64,000 bases of DNA from Lytechinus pictus (taxonomy: Eukaryota), in NCBI RefSeq assembly GCF_037042905.1, contig NC_087250.1, forward strand, positions 11,348,001 to 11,412,000. Direction: 5' to 3'. The notes under the pieces are model-generated. The model was given only the letters and a program-made list of their open reading frames with translations, had not been told where the DNA came from and made no database searches. Of this stretch, positions 38,535 through 49,814 are shown piece after piece. A program made the translations under genes and the position numbers. Position 1 is the first letter of the stretch, and each line of letters begins with the position of its first letter.

Positions 38535-41150
38535 GGGTTCTAGGACAACTACCCCCTGGACAATCACCCCCCGGACAACTACCCCCGGACAATTACCCCC
38601 CGAGGACAATTACCCCCGGACAATTACCCCCCGGACAATTACCCCCCGAGGACAACTACCCCCCGAGGACAATTACCCCCCGGACAATTACCCCCGGGAC
38701 AACTACCCCCCCCCGGACAACTACCCCCCGGACAATTACCCCCAGACAATTACCTTCAGAAAATCCCCCCTTCTCTCCAGCATCAATGTTAAAATTAAGC
38801 GGGACCCATTGTAAGTTTTGGTCGGTGGCACAGGTTTCCGAAATATTTTCTACTTCATCTTACGTGTATAACTTTTTCTTTCTCTTTTATATTGCTCTTT
38901 CTCCTGTTCTCTCACTTTCTTGTTTTTTCCTTTTTTTTTTAGCGGCGCCTTCTGCATCATGAAAAATGGGGGGGGGGGGGGGGCTTGCACCCGAAACCTC
39001 CCGTTTGGCTATGCATATATACATCAGAAAATTTGTAAACTGGCCCTCATTCTAAGTTTTCATAGAACAATTGAACACGATGAGTCATAATAATCACAAA
39101 TGCTGAATATCTTTGATTCCAACTGATCTGATTTTTTGAATATTTATTTTGGGTTTAATTTCAGGTAAGAAATCAGGCAAATAGATAAATCGTTAAAAAA
39201 ACACCTTTATAGGTAGAAATATTGAAAGTCGATAACGCAACTATGAACACTAACACTGTCAAGTAGACCTATTAATCTGTTTTTTTAACAGTTCAACTAA
39301 CAAGAAGCTAAGAATTATGAAACAATTGGTGCACATTCCAGATTAAGATGTGGCTTTATAACTTGATACAGTAAGCTAAAAAAACTTAAAGCAAAGATAA
39401 TACACACAAGAACACCTTGTAAATTACAAGGTGTTTTTGTGTGTAGTATTCTTGGGTGAAAGCAATTAAACATTAAAGAAGGAAATTAAGTACCAAATTT
39501 ACTAAATTGTAAACAATATGACATATTCAAATACAGTGTTTTTTCTATACAAATTGACAATCATGATGGTATACAATTCGTTTAAGGTGCATTTTAAGGA
39601 CGGTTTGTAAGAATTTATAAAGAAGTAGGCCTATGCAAATCAAATAATGCGACCGAGCACCTTGAGCTGAAAATATTAATATTTAGACCATAAAACGGAC
39701 ATTTTACAGAGCACTTGAAAAATCAATTTGCAAATTTAAAAATAATGAAAGCTCGATATCCGAGATGAAATATGTTTTGTATATTGGCTTCGAAACTTGA
39801 TATTTTAAGCTCCATATCAGCCTATATTGAGCAAGATATTAATCTCATCGAAAAAGCAATGCGAGCGCGAAGCGTGAGCGGAAAATACTTGATATTCCGG
39901 TATGAAAATGGTGAATTTGAGCACTATCTAAAGCATTGTGTAGGGAAATTGTGAAGTGGATTTGGAAAGCACTTAATAAATGATGCGAGTGTGAAGCGCG
40001 AGCTGATATCTTCATTATTATTTTGACCTAGGACCTGGACATTCTATAGGTCTAAGGACATTTTGTCATCGTATGAAAATGATGACAACTTTCTTATTCC
40101 TCTTCCTGAGTGCGATATGAAACATATGAAACTGTGATATTGTCGATATTCTTTTCTGAAAAGGGACAATTTAGTCATTAAGAATTCATGAAAATTTTAT
40201 TATCATATTTATTAATGTAATAAGCCTAAATGAGTGAGTAAAATGAGTTGACACTGAGGCCTGAAAACTGGATATTTTAAGCACTTTTGTAATCATGAAT
40301 AGGATTTGTGAGTTGATATATTTTTAACAAAAATGCGAGCGCAAATCGTGAGACGAAATTTTTGGTAAACTGTCATAAAAGGGGGGTTTTAAGTAGTTTG
40401 TTATATAATTTGGCAAATCAAATAATGCGAGCGCACAGCGCAAGCTGCAAGTTATATTCACACCATAAAACGGACATTAAACAGAGCACTTAAAAATCAG
40501 TTTGTAAATCAAACTAAATTATGAATAATGTCTGAGCTGAAATATGCTTTGTAATATCAACTTCAAAACTTGACATTTTAAGCTACATATCAGCCTATTT
40601 AGCAAGATGTGTATCTCATCGAAAAGGCTATGCGAGCCCGAAGCGCGAGCGAAAAAAATAATAAAGTGACATGAAATATATTTTTTAATCATTTTCCAAG
40701 TCATCCCCTGACCTTTTTTTTCACTCGTCTCCCTCTTATTTTAACTCTTATTTTTCCTCCTTTCTTTCCCCTTCTTTTTCTTTTTTTCTTTCCCCTTTTT
40801 TTTCCATTTTTTTGCTCTGCCGATAGGGGGGGGGGGCGGGCCCCTCGCCCCCTGGATCTGCCTATGGATGGAGCTCAATTTTAAAGCTTTCTTACGGCGT
40901 ACGTTTGATTCCAAGATACTCGAGAATGCCTTGAGTACTTCTTACATCAAACGTACGGCCGACGTATGACTCTGTGCACTCCCTTTGTCTAGGGGGTAAT
41001 TGTCCGGGGGGTAGTTATCCGGGGGGTAATTGTCCGGGGGGTAGTTGTCCGGGGGGTAATTGTCCGGGGGGTAATTGTCCTCGGGGGGTAATTGTCCGGG
41101 GGGTAGTTGTCCGGGGGGTGATTGTCCAGGGGGTAGTTGTCCTGATACCC
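38535..41150. mobile_element. Foldback-like insertion with inverted (GGACAATTACCCCCC)n arms
   Basis: Ends GGGTTCTAGGACAAC and GTTGTCCTGATACCC; it interrupts the L2 ORF; no TSD found. Confidence 0.7.
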
Positions 41151-42030
41151 ATATTGATATCACGAAACTTCCTGCAAGTGACAAGCTTCTTGGTGGCGGG
41201 CGGGCGTTCCAATTTAATAGTGCACCATATACAGTCATGATCAGAAGGAAGAACTCTGATGAAATCAATCGCAGGGACCACTTCGTAGACCCTTCTTGTT
41301 ATCAGCAGATCTGCTGTTGGAAACCGGCCTCATCCAAGGTATTGAGGAAAGTGGTAGCATCTCTATTGCTGCGGTCATCTACATTACATGTTGAAGTCAC
41401 CAACCAACAGTGAAATATTGTCCAAAAAATTGCTATTGATTCCATAAGTAACGAAAATTCCTTCAAGGAAGATAATTTTTTTTTTGTTCTTGAGGATGGG
41501 GGTGGTCTGTAGATGGGAAATATAGGAAACGCCGATGCATCGTTAGACCGAATGTTGAAGTCCAGCAGTCGAATGACTGAAAGTTGCCGAAGTCCTGAAG
41601 ACTCACTTTGACCGTGGAACGGTGGATGATGCAGATACCTCCACCAGAACTGGTCGTACGAGGTTTGTGCACTGTATCGTAATCATGAAGAGTCGCCCTA
41701 ATGTCAGCAAGAGTATGATTGTCCGGATGATCGCCCTTAACCCACGATTCGGTGACGATGAACATATCAAAGTCATTATCAATTATAAGATCACAAATAC
41801 TAGTAGTCTTTTTATTCATAGATCTGGCATTCCAATGGCCTATTCGAACTTTACTCCTAGAAGAACATTTCATATAAGAAGGAGGGGTTCCAGTGAGTTG
41901 TATGAGTCCATAAGTATTCCGAGTCGATTTACCACTAAAAGAAGGAACTTTAGTGTATCGAGTCTGAATGAGAACAGGGATGTTAAATCTACGCCTCATT
42001 ACCCCTCCTCGATCTGTCGATAGCCACGCT

Positions 42031-42204
42031 CAGAGGCCGGGGAAGCGGGGGGGGAGCTGGGGGGCTTCAGCCCCCCCCCCCCACTTTTTTTCCAAAACCA
42101 TGTACAAAAACGTAAAAATGACCATAAGATTGTGATTTTTTGCATGGTCAGCCCCCCACTTTTTCCTCAGCCCCCCCACTTTGAAAACCGTTCCGCGGCC
42201 CCTG
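42031..42204. mobile_element. 174-bp MITE with a 5-bp TSD (hAT5-like)
   Basis: CAG(A/G)GGCCG termini; ACGCT duplicated at 42026 and 42205. Confidence 0.8.
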
Positions 42205-42329
42205 ACGCTTAGTTCTCTGAGCGATTCCCAACTCACTGAAAAGACTCAATTCATCCGAACTGAGGAGCTCAGACCGAGTCCCATTGCCAACAATGTTCAG
42301 TCCTATATACAAGAGCTCCTCACGCGAGT

Positions 42330-42918
42330 ATCATGATGCCAATTCAACACCATGTTCCTGAAACGCACACGGGTATTCCGGGATATATTGCTGCTCTTAT
42401 GTCCAAGTTTCATGAAGCAGATCCATAAAATATCAGGGTTATGATGACAATTCCACAAATACTCCAACATTGTCAAAGTTTGATGACCCTAAATGACATT
42501 TGACCTTGTTCATGTCACCTAAAACTCACACAGGATGTCCAAGGATACCTGATTGCTTTTATGTCTAAGTTTCATTAACTAGATCAATAACATTTCAAAG
42601 TTATGACATTTCCACAAATACCCCCAACATAAGCTAAGTTTGTTGACCCTAAATGACCTTTGACCTGAAACTCGCATAGGATGTTCAAGGATACTTGATT
42701 GCTCTTATGTCGAAGTTTCATGAACTAGACCAATAAACTATTAAAGTTATGACAATTCCTTAAAAAATCTAAACATGGCCAAAGTTCGTTGACCGTAAGT
42801 GACCTTGTACCTTAGGCATGTGACCTGAAACTCAGGCAGGATGTTTAGTAATACTTGCTTACTCTTATGTCTCAGTTTCATGAACTAGATCCATATACTT
42901 TATAAGTTATGATGACAT
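42330..42918. repeat. ~130-bp minisatellite (…AAGTTTCATGAACTAGA…), probably the core of a Helentron/DINE-like element
   Basis: Tandem units continue after the L1 at 49650-49760, ending in a GTCTCGC...GTGAGA hairpin plus A run. The same unit occurs at 59870-60390. Confidence 0.75.
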
Positions 42919-43106
42919 GTCTCTGTGATGTGTGGAGATCCTTCCATCCTGAATTGAAAAAGTATACCAGACATTAGAAATTTCCTCGGGTGCTATCTAG
43001 GTTAGATTTTATTTTGGTTTCAAATAACTTTTTGGAAAATTGTAAAAAATCCAAAATTTTGCCTGGAATCCAATCAGACCATTCTGTCGTTTCAGTTGAA
43101 TTTATG

Positions 43107-43374
43107 TGGAGCGTCGTGGCCCAGTGGATTAGTCTTCGAACTTTTAAACAGAGGGTCGTGGGTTCGAATCCCAGCCACGGTGTAATTTCCTTCAGCAAGA
43201 AACTGATCCACAGTGTGCTGCACTCAACCCAGGTGAGGTAAATGGGTACCGGTAGGAAGTAATTCCTTAAAAAGCTGTGTGCGCTATGAACGCCTAGCTT
43301 AGCCGGGTAATATAGGAGCGCCTTGAGCACCTAACAAGGTGGATATGTGCGCAATATAAATACCCTATATTATA
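43107..43374 (+). mobile_element. tRNA-derived SINE with an L2-like 3' tail
   Basis: A box TGGCCCAGTGG, B box GGTTCGAATCC, a non-tRNA body, and tail AGCGCCTTGAGCACC...GTGCGCAATATAAAT...TATTAT; it interrupts the L1 endonuclease. Confidence 0.9.
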
Positions 43375-46300
43375 ACCAACCACTAAAAGGTAAGGGTTAT
43401 TGGAAACTTAATACTCATTATTTATATCATGATAATTATTTGATTAATCTCATAAAAGACAAAATCAAGGAATTTAAAATCATCCATCTGAATTCTCAGT
43501 GCAATATGACAATATACTTTTGGACTCCTTTAAATGCTTCATTACAGGTATTTCTATTGAGTATTCAGCCCGGAAGAAAAAGCAAAGAAATCTAGAGAAA
43601 AGTCAGTTATTAACAGAAATCAATGGAATAAAAATGTTGTTACCTTCGAGCAACACCTCTACACCTGATGACCCCCTATTTTTACAGTTAGAGGAACTTG
43701 AAGCAAAACTAGACAAAATTTATGAATTTGGAAATAAAGGTTTGATAACTAGGTCTAGAATCAGGTGGTTAGGGGAAGGTGAGAGGAGCAGTAAATATTT
43801 TTGTAATTTGGAAAATAGAGCTTGGCAGAGGAAGAATATTACTAAACTTAAAGATAACCAAGGCATTTTGATAACAAATTCCAATATCATCTTGAAAAAT
43901 ATCCATGAATTTTATGCCAATTTATATTCAACACCAGATGTTAATTCAATTCCTGTTGACGATAGTGTTCGTAATAGTGCAGTTTTTGACAACATCACTA
44001 TTCCACAATTATCTGAAGATGGTAAACAATTTTTTGAGACTATTTTTTCCAGAAATGAAATATATGAAGCTGTCAAATCAATGAAAATAAATAAAGCCCC
44101 AGGTTTAGATGGGCTCCCTGCTGAGTTTTACTTAGTTTTCTGGAATGATATTTGTGATATGTTAATAACATCTTTTAATTATTCCTTGCAAAACGGTTCC
44201 ATGTCCTTATCTCAGAGAAATGGCATTATTACTCTTCTGCCTAAAAAAGATAGAGGTCCTTTGTTAATAAAAAAATATCGACCTATTACTCTTCTGACCA
44301 CAGATTACAAAAATATTTGCCAATAGTCTAGCTACCCGAGTAAGTTATTCATCCTGACCAGTCTGGTTTTATGAAAGGTCAAAATATCGGCCATAATATT
44401 CGTTTAATTTTAGATATTATTGAATATACTGACTTTAAAAATATTCCAGGTGCAATTTTGTTACTCGATATTGAAAAGGCCTTTGACAGCGTTTCTCATA
44501 GCTTTCTATTCCAAACTTTGAAAAAAATTAATTTCGGTGAAAATTTTATTAACATTGTTAAGACCTTGTACTCCCCTCGTTTAAGTTATGTTTTGAATAC
44601 TGGATATTTAACGGAACGTATATCTATGAAAAGAGGTATTTTTCAAGGATGCCCGATTTCTCCATACCTGTTCTTATTAGTTATTGAAAAAATGGCCCTT
44701 TCCATACGTCAAAATGACCAAATCAAAGGGATTCCATTAGACAATAACATTGAAGCTAATATTTCTATGTTTGCAGATGATTCAGTTTGCTTTTTAAATG
44801 GATCTATATAGTAACCCGTTTTCTCAACTGTTTAAGTTGTTAGACAATTTTGGGAAGTATTCTGGATGTAAAATAAATTTTAGCAAAACTGAAGCAATTT
44901 GGATTGGTTCAAAAAAAGGAAGCCAAGTTTTCCCTTACACCAACCAGGGCATATCTTGGAAAACATCTCAATTTAAATGTCTTGGAGTAAATTTTCCTTG
45001 AATTTGAGCCTACTTTGTTTAAATTACAAAGAAAGGTTGAAAAAATGGAACTTAAAATATCATGCTGGAAAATGAGAAATCTTTCTTTAATAGGAAGGAT
45101 TTGTGTAATTAAAGCTCTTGTGCTTCCAGTGATCTATTTATATTCAGTCCTTTGTATTAAAATACCTCGCTCCTTTTTTAACCAGTTGAATAGCATGTTT
45201 ATAAGTTTATCTGGAGTGGGGGTAAAGATAGGGTCCAAAGAATTAATGTTTGTAATGATTATAAAAATGCTGGTCTCAAAATGATTGACCCCTCAAAATT
45301 TGCCATTGCCCAGAAGATGACATGGGTCAATATCTACTTGATGATACTTTTGATGCTTCTTGGAAATATATTGAACTATCGTTTTTGAATGATTTAAATC
45401 AAGATACCTCATTTTTGTGGAAATGTTATGCCCCAGAATGTGTATTGAACGCCTTGGGCAATGCAGTTAGCTGATTCTTTGCGTTCATGCCTTTATGGTA
45501 TTTATATCGAGAGGAAGCTGCTAAAGAATGTTACGGCTTCATTTTCTCAGAATTGAGCGCATGTTAATCTCTGTGGTTTAATAAATCAATTCGATCTAAA
45601 TCCAAACCTTTTTTCTTTTATGATGTATGGTATGATAAAGGTATTTGTACCATTGCCGATTTGTTTAATCCACCCCTCCCTGGTCACAATGTTTTTGAAG
45701 AATTGGCATTAGATTTTGACATCCCCTCTTCAGATAGAAGGAAATTTAATTTTTTAATGAAAAATATTCCAGAAGAATGGATGGTAAATTTTGATGTTGA
45801 TATTGTTGGCGTTCACGACACCATTGTTGTAAACCTATTAAATTACAAAAAAAATCATAAGAAGTGTACAATGTACTTCTTGGCTCTATCCAGACGGTGA
45901 TATGCTTTTTGGAGCAACAATTTATTGCTCCCTGTTAACATCAACTGGGAAAAGGTTCATTTGAATAATTTATTTTGTTCTCTTGATACTAACTTAAGAT
46001 CCTTTTACTTTAAAAAATTTCACAAAGCCATTGCTTTAAATAAATTAATTTATCAGATCAAACGAAAAGACTCTCCTAATTGCTCCATGTGTGGAAAAGA
46101 AGAGGAAACACTAATTCATTTGTTCTGCGAATGTGAAAAAGTCACATCTCTTTGGCACGCTCTTGAAATTGTAATCACACAGAAAACCGGTTCCCGCTTT
46201 TCTATAACTAATTATGAAAAAATGTTTGGTATACGTAGTGATAAATTTGTTTCATATTTGTTTTTACTATTGAAGTATCATATTTATTCTTGCAAATTTA

Positions 46301-47093
46301 GAAACGAGCTCCCAAACTTTGTCATGTATAAATCTTTTGTTAAGAAACAAAAAGAGTTAGAATATTTGGCAGCAAAAAAAAGCAAAAAGTTACCTAGTCG
46401 AAATGGCGTTTCGATATCTAGGTGTTTTATAATTCTGAGCATTTAGCGCCATTTTATATGTAACTCTGAAACTCTTCCTTTCCCTTCATTTTATCTTATG
46501 TATACATGTTATTTGCACTCCATGTTTGCACTTTTCTAGCAAATTTCTTTGTTAATTTCTGTCCTCTTGATACTTGTGCTGTATTATGGCTGACCTCTGT
46601 AACCTAATACAACCATTCTAACTCGACCCTTTGTTTACTATTCTACCGCCACTGTTAACATGTGCGATGACCCCAGAATGAAAATCGATCAAATTCTTCT
46701 TGTCTTTTCTCACGCTCAGCTTTTATTTTGACCACGTGCAATTCTCCGGCTGGAATGGGCGGGATGGGGGGGACGATGATCTTTGAGTGTGGAGTTTCTT
46801 ACAGTATGTGATGGAAGGGGGGGTGCGAGTATCAGTGTGAGGATATGATTCAAGGCGAGGCGAGCCCCCGGGGGGGGGGCACTCGACCAAAAAAATGGGG
46901 GTCCTTGGAGCGGATCGCCAGCGTGTGAGTGCGTGTGCATCCCTATGGAACGGTCATGCGTGCATGATGCAGCTAGCGCGGCCTCCACCGGGTGCGCTCG
47001 CGCAGAGCTGAGGCGATGGTCGGACAGCGCTCTGCAGCCGCTTTTCATCAAAATTGCAGCTCATTGTAGCAGATCAATGCAATCGGAACGGCG

Positions 47094-49035
47094 CACAGTG
47101 GGCCAGGAGAGAGCAAAAGCAAAGATAAGAACCTGTAGAATGCCTCCATACAATATTTCTCCATTAAATTGATTATAAGTTGCCCATTTTTATTCAATAT
47201 TACCGGAAAATGACTCTATACGGCTACCGCATGTGTAAACGACACGTTTTAGATATTTCACTGTTTTAACAAAACGGATTGCTTAATTTATTTCTTATTA
47301 ACGGTGCTCTTTGATGAATGATTGTTTTAAGTGATGAAAGATTTTCAAGATAAAATGATAATCCCTTCAGAGGCAATTTTGGACGAAACCATTTGACAAT
47401 GGAGGGTTTTAGCATTTTTTTTTTTTCATGAGCATATCTTTTACAAATTGCTGCCGATTGCTGCGCTGTAAATACCATGACGGTCTTTGTTATAGTTCAT
47501 GCTTTACACTGATACCAAATTTAGCAGCATATACGTGCATTTTCTGGAGATATAACCAATTTTCCAACCACATGTTCGCCGTATTTATCACAAAAATCGT
47601 TCCAAGTTAGTGTCCCATTATGCGCGAGCCGAACGTTGCGGGTGACATTGAAACTCCCCGCCGCGTGCTGGGAGAGAGAGAGAGAGAGAAAGGGGGGTGT
47701 CTGGCTCAAGTGTCTGGCTCTTGTGACTGGTGTCTGCCTTTAAAATATTTTCGTTAAACATACGTAAAGGCAAGCTTTCATTTCCAATTCCACTAACTAT
47801 ATAATAATACATGTAACACAACTTCATTTTGATGCCAAACTGTTCCATCCCGTGTCCCATATCTGATATGCTGTCATCCTGAGAAGATTAATTCTTAAGA
47901 TAAGATTCCCGGGTAAGATTATATATTTGTTTTGTTGTTCATAAACCAAGTAGGGGCTACTGTATATCACTATAACACACATGACTAGGGATGTGATAGG
48001 TCTCACGCAGTTTTCTGACAAAATATGAAAATGTGTATAGGACAGAGATGGGATATACGTGGGCTCTATTACATGCCTAAGTTGCATTATCATTATTAGT
48101 ATTTATCCCCCCAAAAGGGTTTGTAACTTCACATACACGTATGAATTCGTTCATCTCTTGGCTCATTTCAAATTTGCTATAATTGTTAGTATCGATCAAG
48201 AAGGAAGTGTATATTATCATTTCAAAATTCAAGGATTGTTTGGTTTATGACTCTCATTGACTTTATATGTATTCCACAGACTAATGGTAACAGGTGACAT
48301 TGTGATTAGTAGCAAATTTTTAAGAGTACAACAATCACAGCCTCTTCCCACTGATGTTCAAAATATGCTAAAAGATCCTCTCACCAAAGACATAATAGTT
48401 GGTGAGATAGTAGAGAGAGACTCTGATTCGGAATAACTTTGTATACGCCGTTCTTGGTGAAATAGGTAGGCCTTGTAGGGCCTTGTACTGATTAACCTGC
48501 AGAGGACCCGGCTTCTATTATTTATCACTAGAATCATTATTTTAAAGATTTCACTGTCCACTTCTGGTATCAATCCATTTTAATTCATGTAGGTGTGGAT
48601 AATCATTGTACCCAGGGAATGAAAATACTTTTTTTACAATTTCACTTTGAATTTTACAATTCCGGATTCTTGGTAGGGCGCCCTCTTTAAGCGATACTCG
48701 AGTCACCATTTGAATTATTTGTACCCCGAGCACAGACTTTTCTTGTTTGTTTGCCTGTTTGTGTGTTTGCTGTTTGCTAATATGCTTAATTATTGCTGAA
48801 ATTTCTCTAAAACTAGTTTCTGAAAATTTGAAACTTATTGTAGAATTAGAAACATGTACTTTCTTCTCAAATGTTAACAGCCAATCAGAAAACAGTATTT
48901 TAACGACGTCATCAATATTTGAAAATACTTTTATTGAATTCTACGGGTGAAATTACCCCTATCTTCAAAATTTAATCGTACAAATGTGTGAATAATGGGT
49001 TTTGGCGCACTTTGGGTTCATTCTGGCCCACTGTG
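47094..49035 (+). mobile_element. Non-autonomous Transib transposon (RAG-related superfamily) with RSS-like ends
   Basis: 13-bp TIR CACAGTGGGCCAG; perfect GC-rich 5-bp TSD CGGCG (47089-47093, 49036-49040); residual transposase-like exon inside. Confidence 0.92.
48280..48436 (+). pseudogene. Last coding exon of a Transib-type transposase
   Basis: After the acceptor ATTCCACAG it reads (R)LMVTGDIVISSKFLRVQQSQPLPTDVQNMLKDP...DSE*, resembling the Transib C-terminal RLLxxSDPxISS...LPxEVxxLL pattern (from memory, not searched). Confidence 0.65.
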
Positions 49036-49814
49036 CGGCGTAACGAAAAATATGCGAAGCTTTGGAGCGGATTTCTTTCTTCTTTTATTCTCGATAAGAA
49101 GAAGATGATATGATTTGGAGCGGCTTTCTTTGTTCTTTTTCTCAATAAGACAAAAATGCTATACCTTGGAACGGAAATTTGAGTGTAAAAATGGGGGTCC
49201 CCTCCGCGGCACATACCCACTATGCATTATATACTGAGTGCCCCCCCCCCCCCCCCCCCGGGAGCGAGCCGAGGGGGAACGTGTGAGAGAGTTAGAGGGC
49301 GGCTGGTCGTCTCCTCCCTCACTTCTGCCCTTTCCAGCCTGAGTAGGTTTTTGTTTTAATGCTTTGCATCATGGTATTTCTTTCTATCATCTTTTTAATA
49401 ACTTTGCCAAAGTTTGTTGCTGATTGGTTTCCATTATAGGGGTTCTTGCTCATGTAAAAGTATGATATTGTTTTAATGAAATGATATACATGTACTCCGC
49501 TTTCTCCTTGTTGCTTTTTTTTCGATCACTCCAATCTTTTGTATATATTTTTATATATATTTGATTTTTTTAATGTAACTTTTATACTGGAATTTGATGT
49601 AAATGATTTATATGTTGATGATTTATCAATAAAAAAATAAATAAAAAAAGGTACGATGACATTTCAAAAACTTAACATAAGTTAAGATTTCATTGTTGAC
49701 GCCGCCGTCGAAAAAGCGGCGCTTACAGTCTCGCTCTGCTATATGCAGGTGAGAGAAAAATGGAAATGGCAAGTTCACAAAAATAACCCTCAAGGTCTAA
49801 AGACTTAGAACAAC

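Larger units (their letters stand above)
36830..42320 (-). mobile_element. Second decayed L2 LINE, broken by deletions and insertions
   Basis: APE (HWNARS, TESW, SDH), RT (NYRPVS, QSAYR), C-terminus LDYC...RIQNTAARLV...LWNDLP, and an L2-type 3' end near 36830-36895. Confidence 0.85.
46867..49262. mobile_element. MITE with CCCG(G)nCACTC termini, hosting the Transib
   Basis: Inverted ends; 8-bp TSD GGCGAGCC/AGCGAGCC (7/8 match). Confidence 0.8.
42919..49647 (+). mobile_element. 5'-truncated L1/Tx1-clade LINE (degenerate ORF2, 3' UTR, poly-A) with nested insertions
   Basis: SRLDFIL, SDHS, GYWKLN, KAPGLDG, DIEKAFDSV, QGCPISP, FADD, CSMC..ETLIHLFCEC. An A-rich tail lies at 49629-49649, and the ~15-bp TSD AAGTTATGATGACAT / AAGGTACGATGACAT is at 42904 and 49648. 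Confidence 0.9.

Noticed and set aside
43107..43180. tRNA gene
   Set aside because: A and B boxes are present, but it runs into a SINE body and LINE-like tail and interrupts an L1 ORF.
47094..49035. Intact RAG1L/RAG2L (ProtoRAG) locus
   Set aside because: It is only 1.9 kb, with no DDE core, kelch repeats or PHD visible; the one coding remnant looks like Transib.
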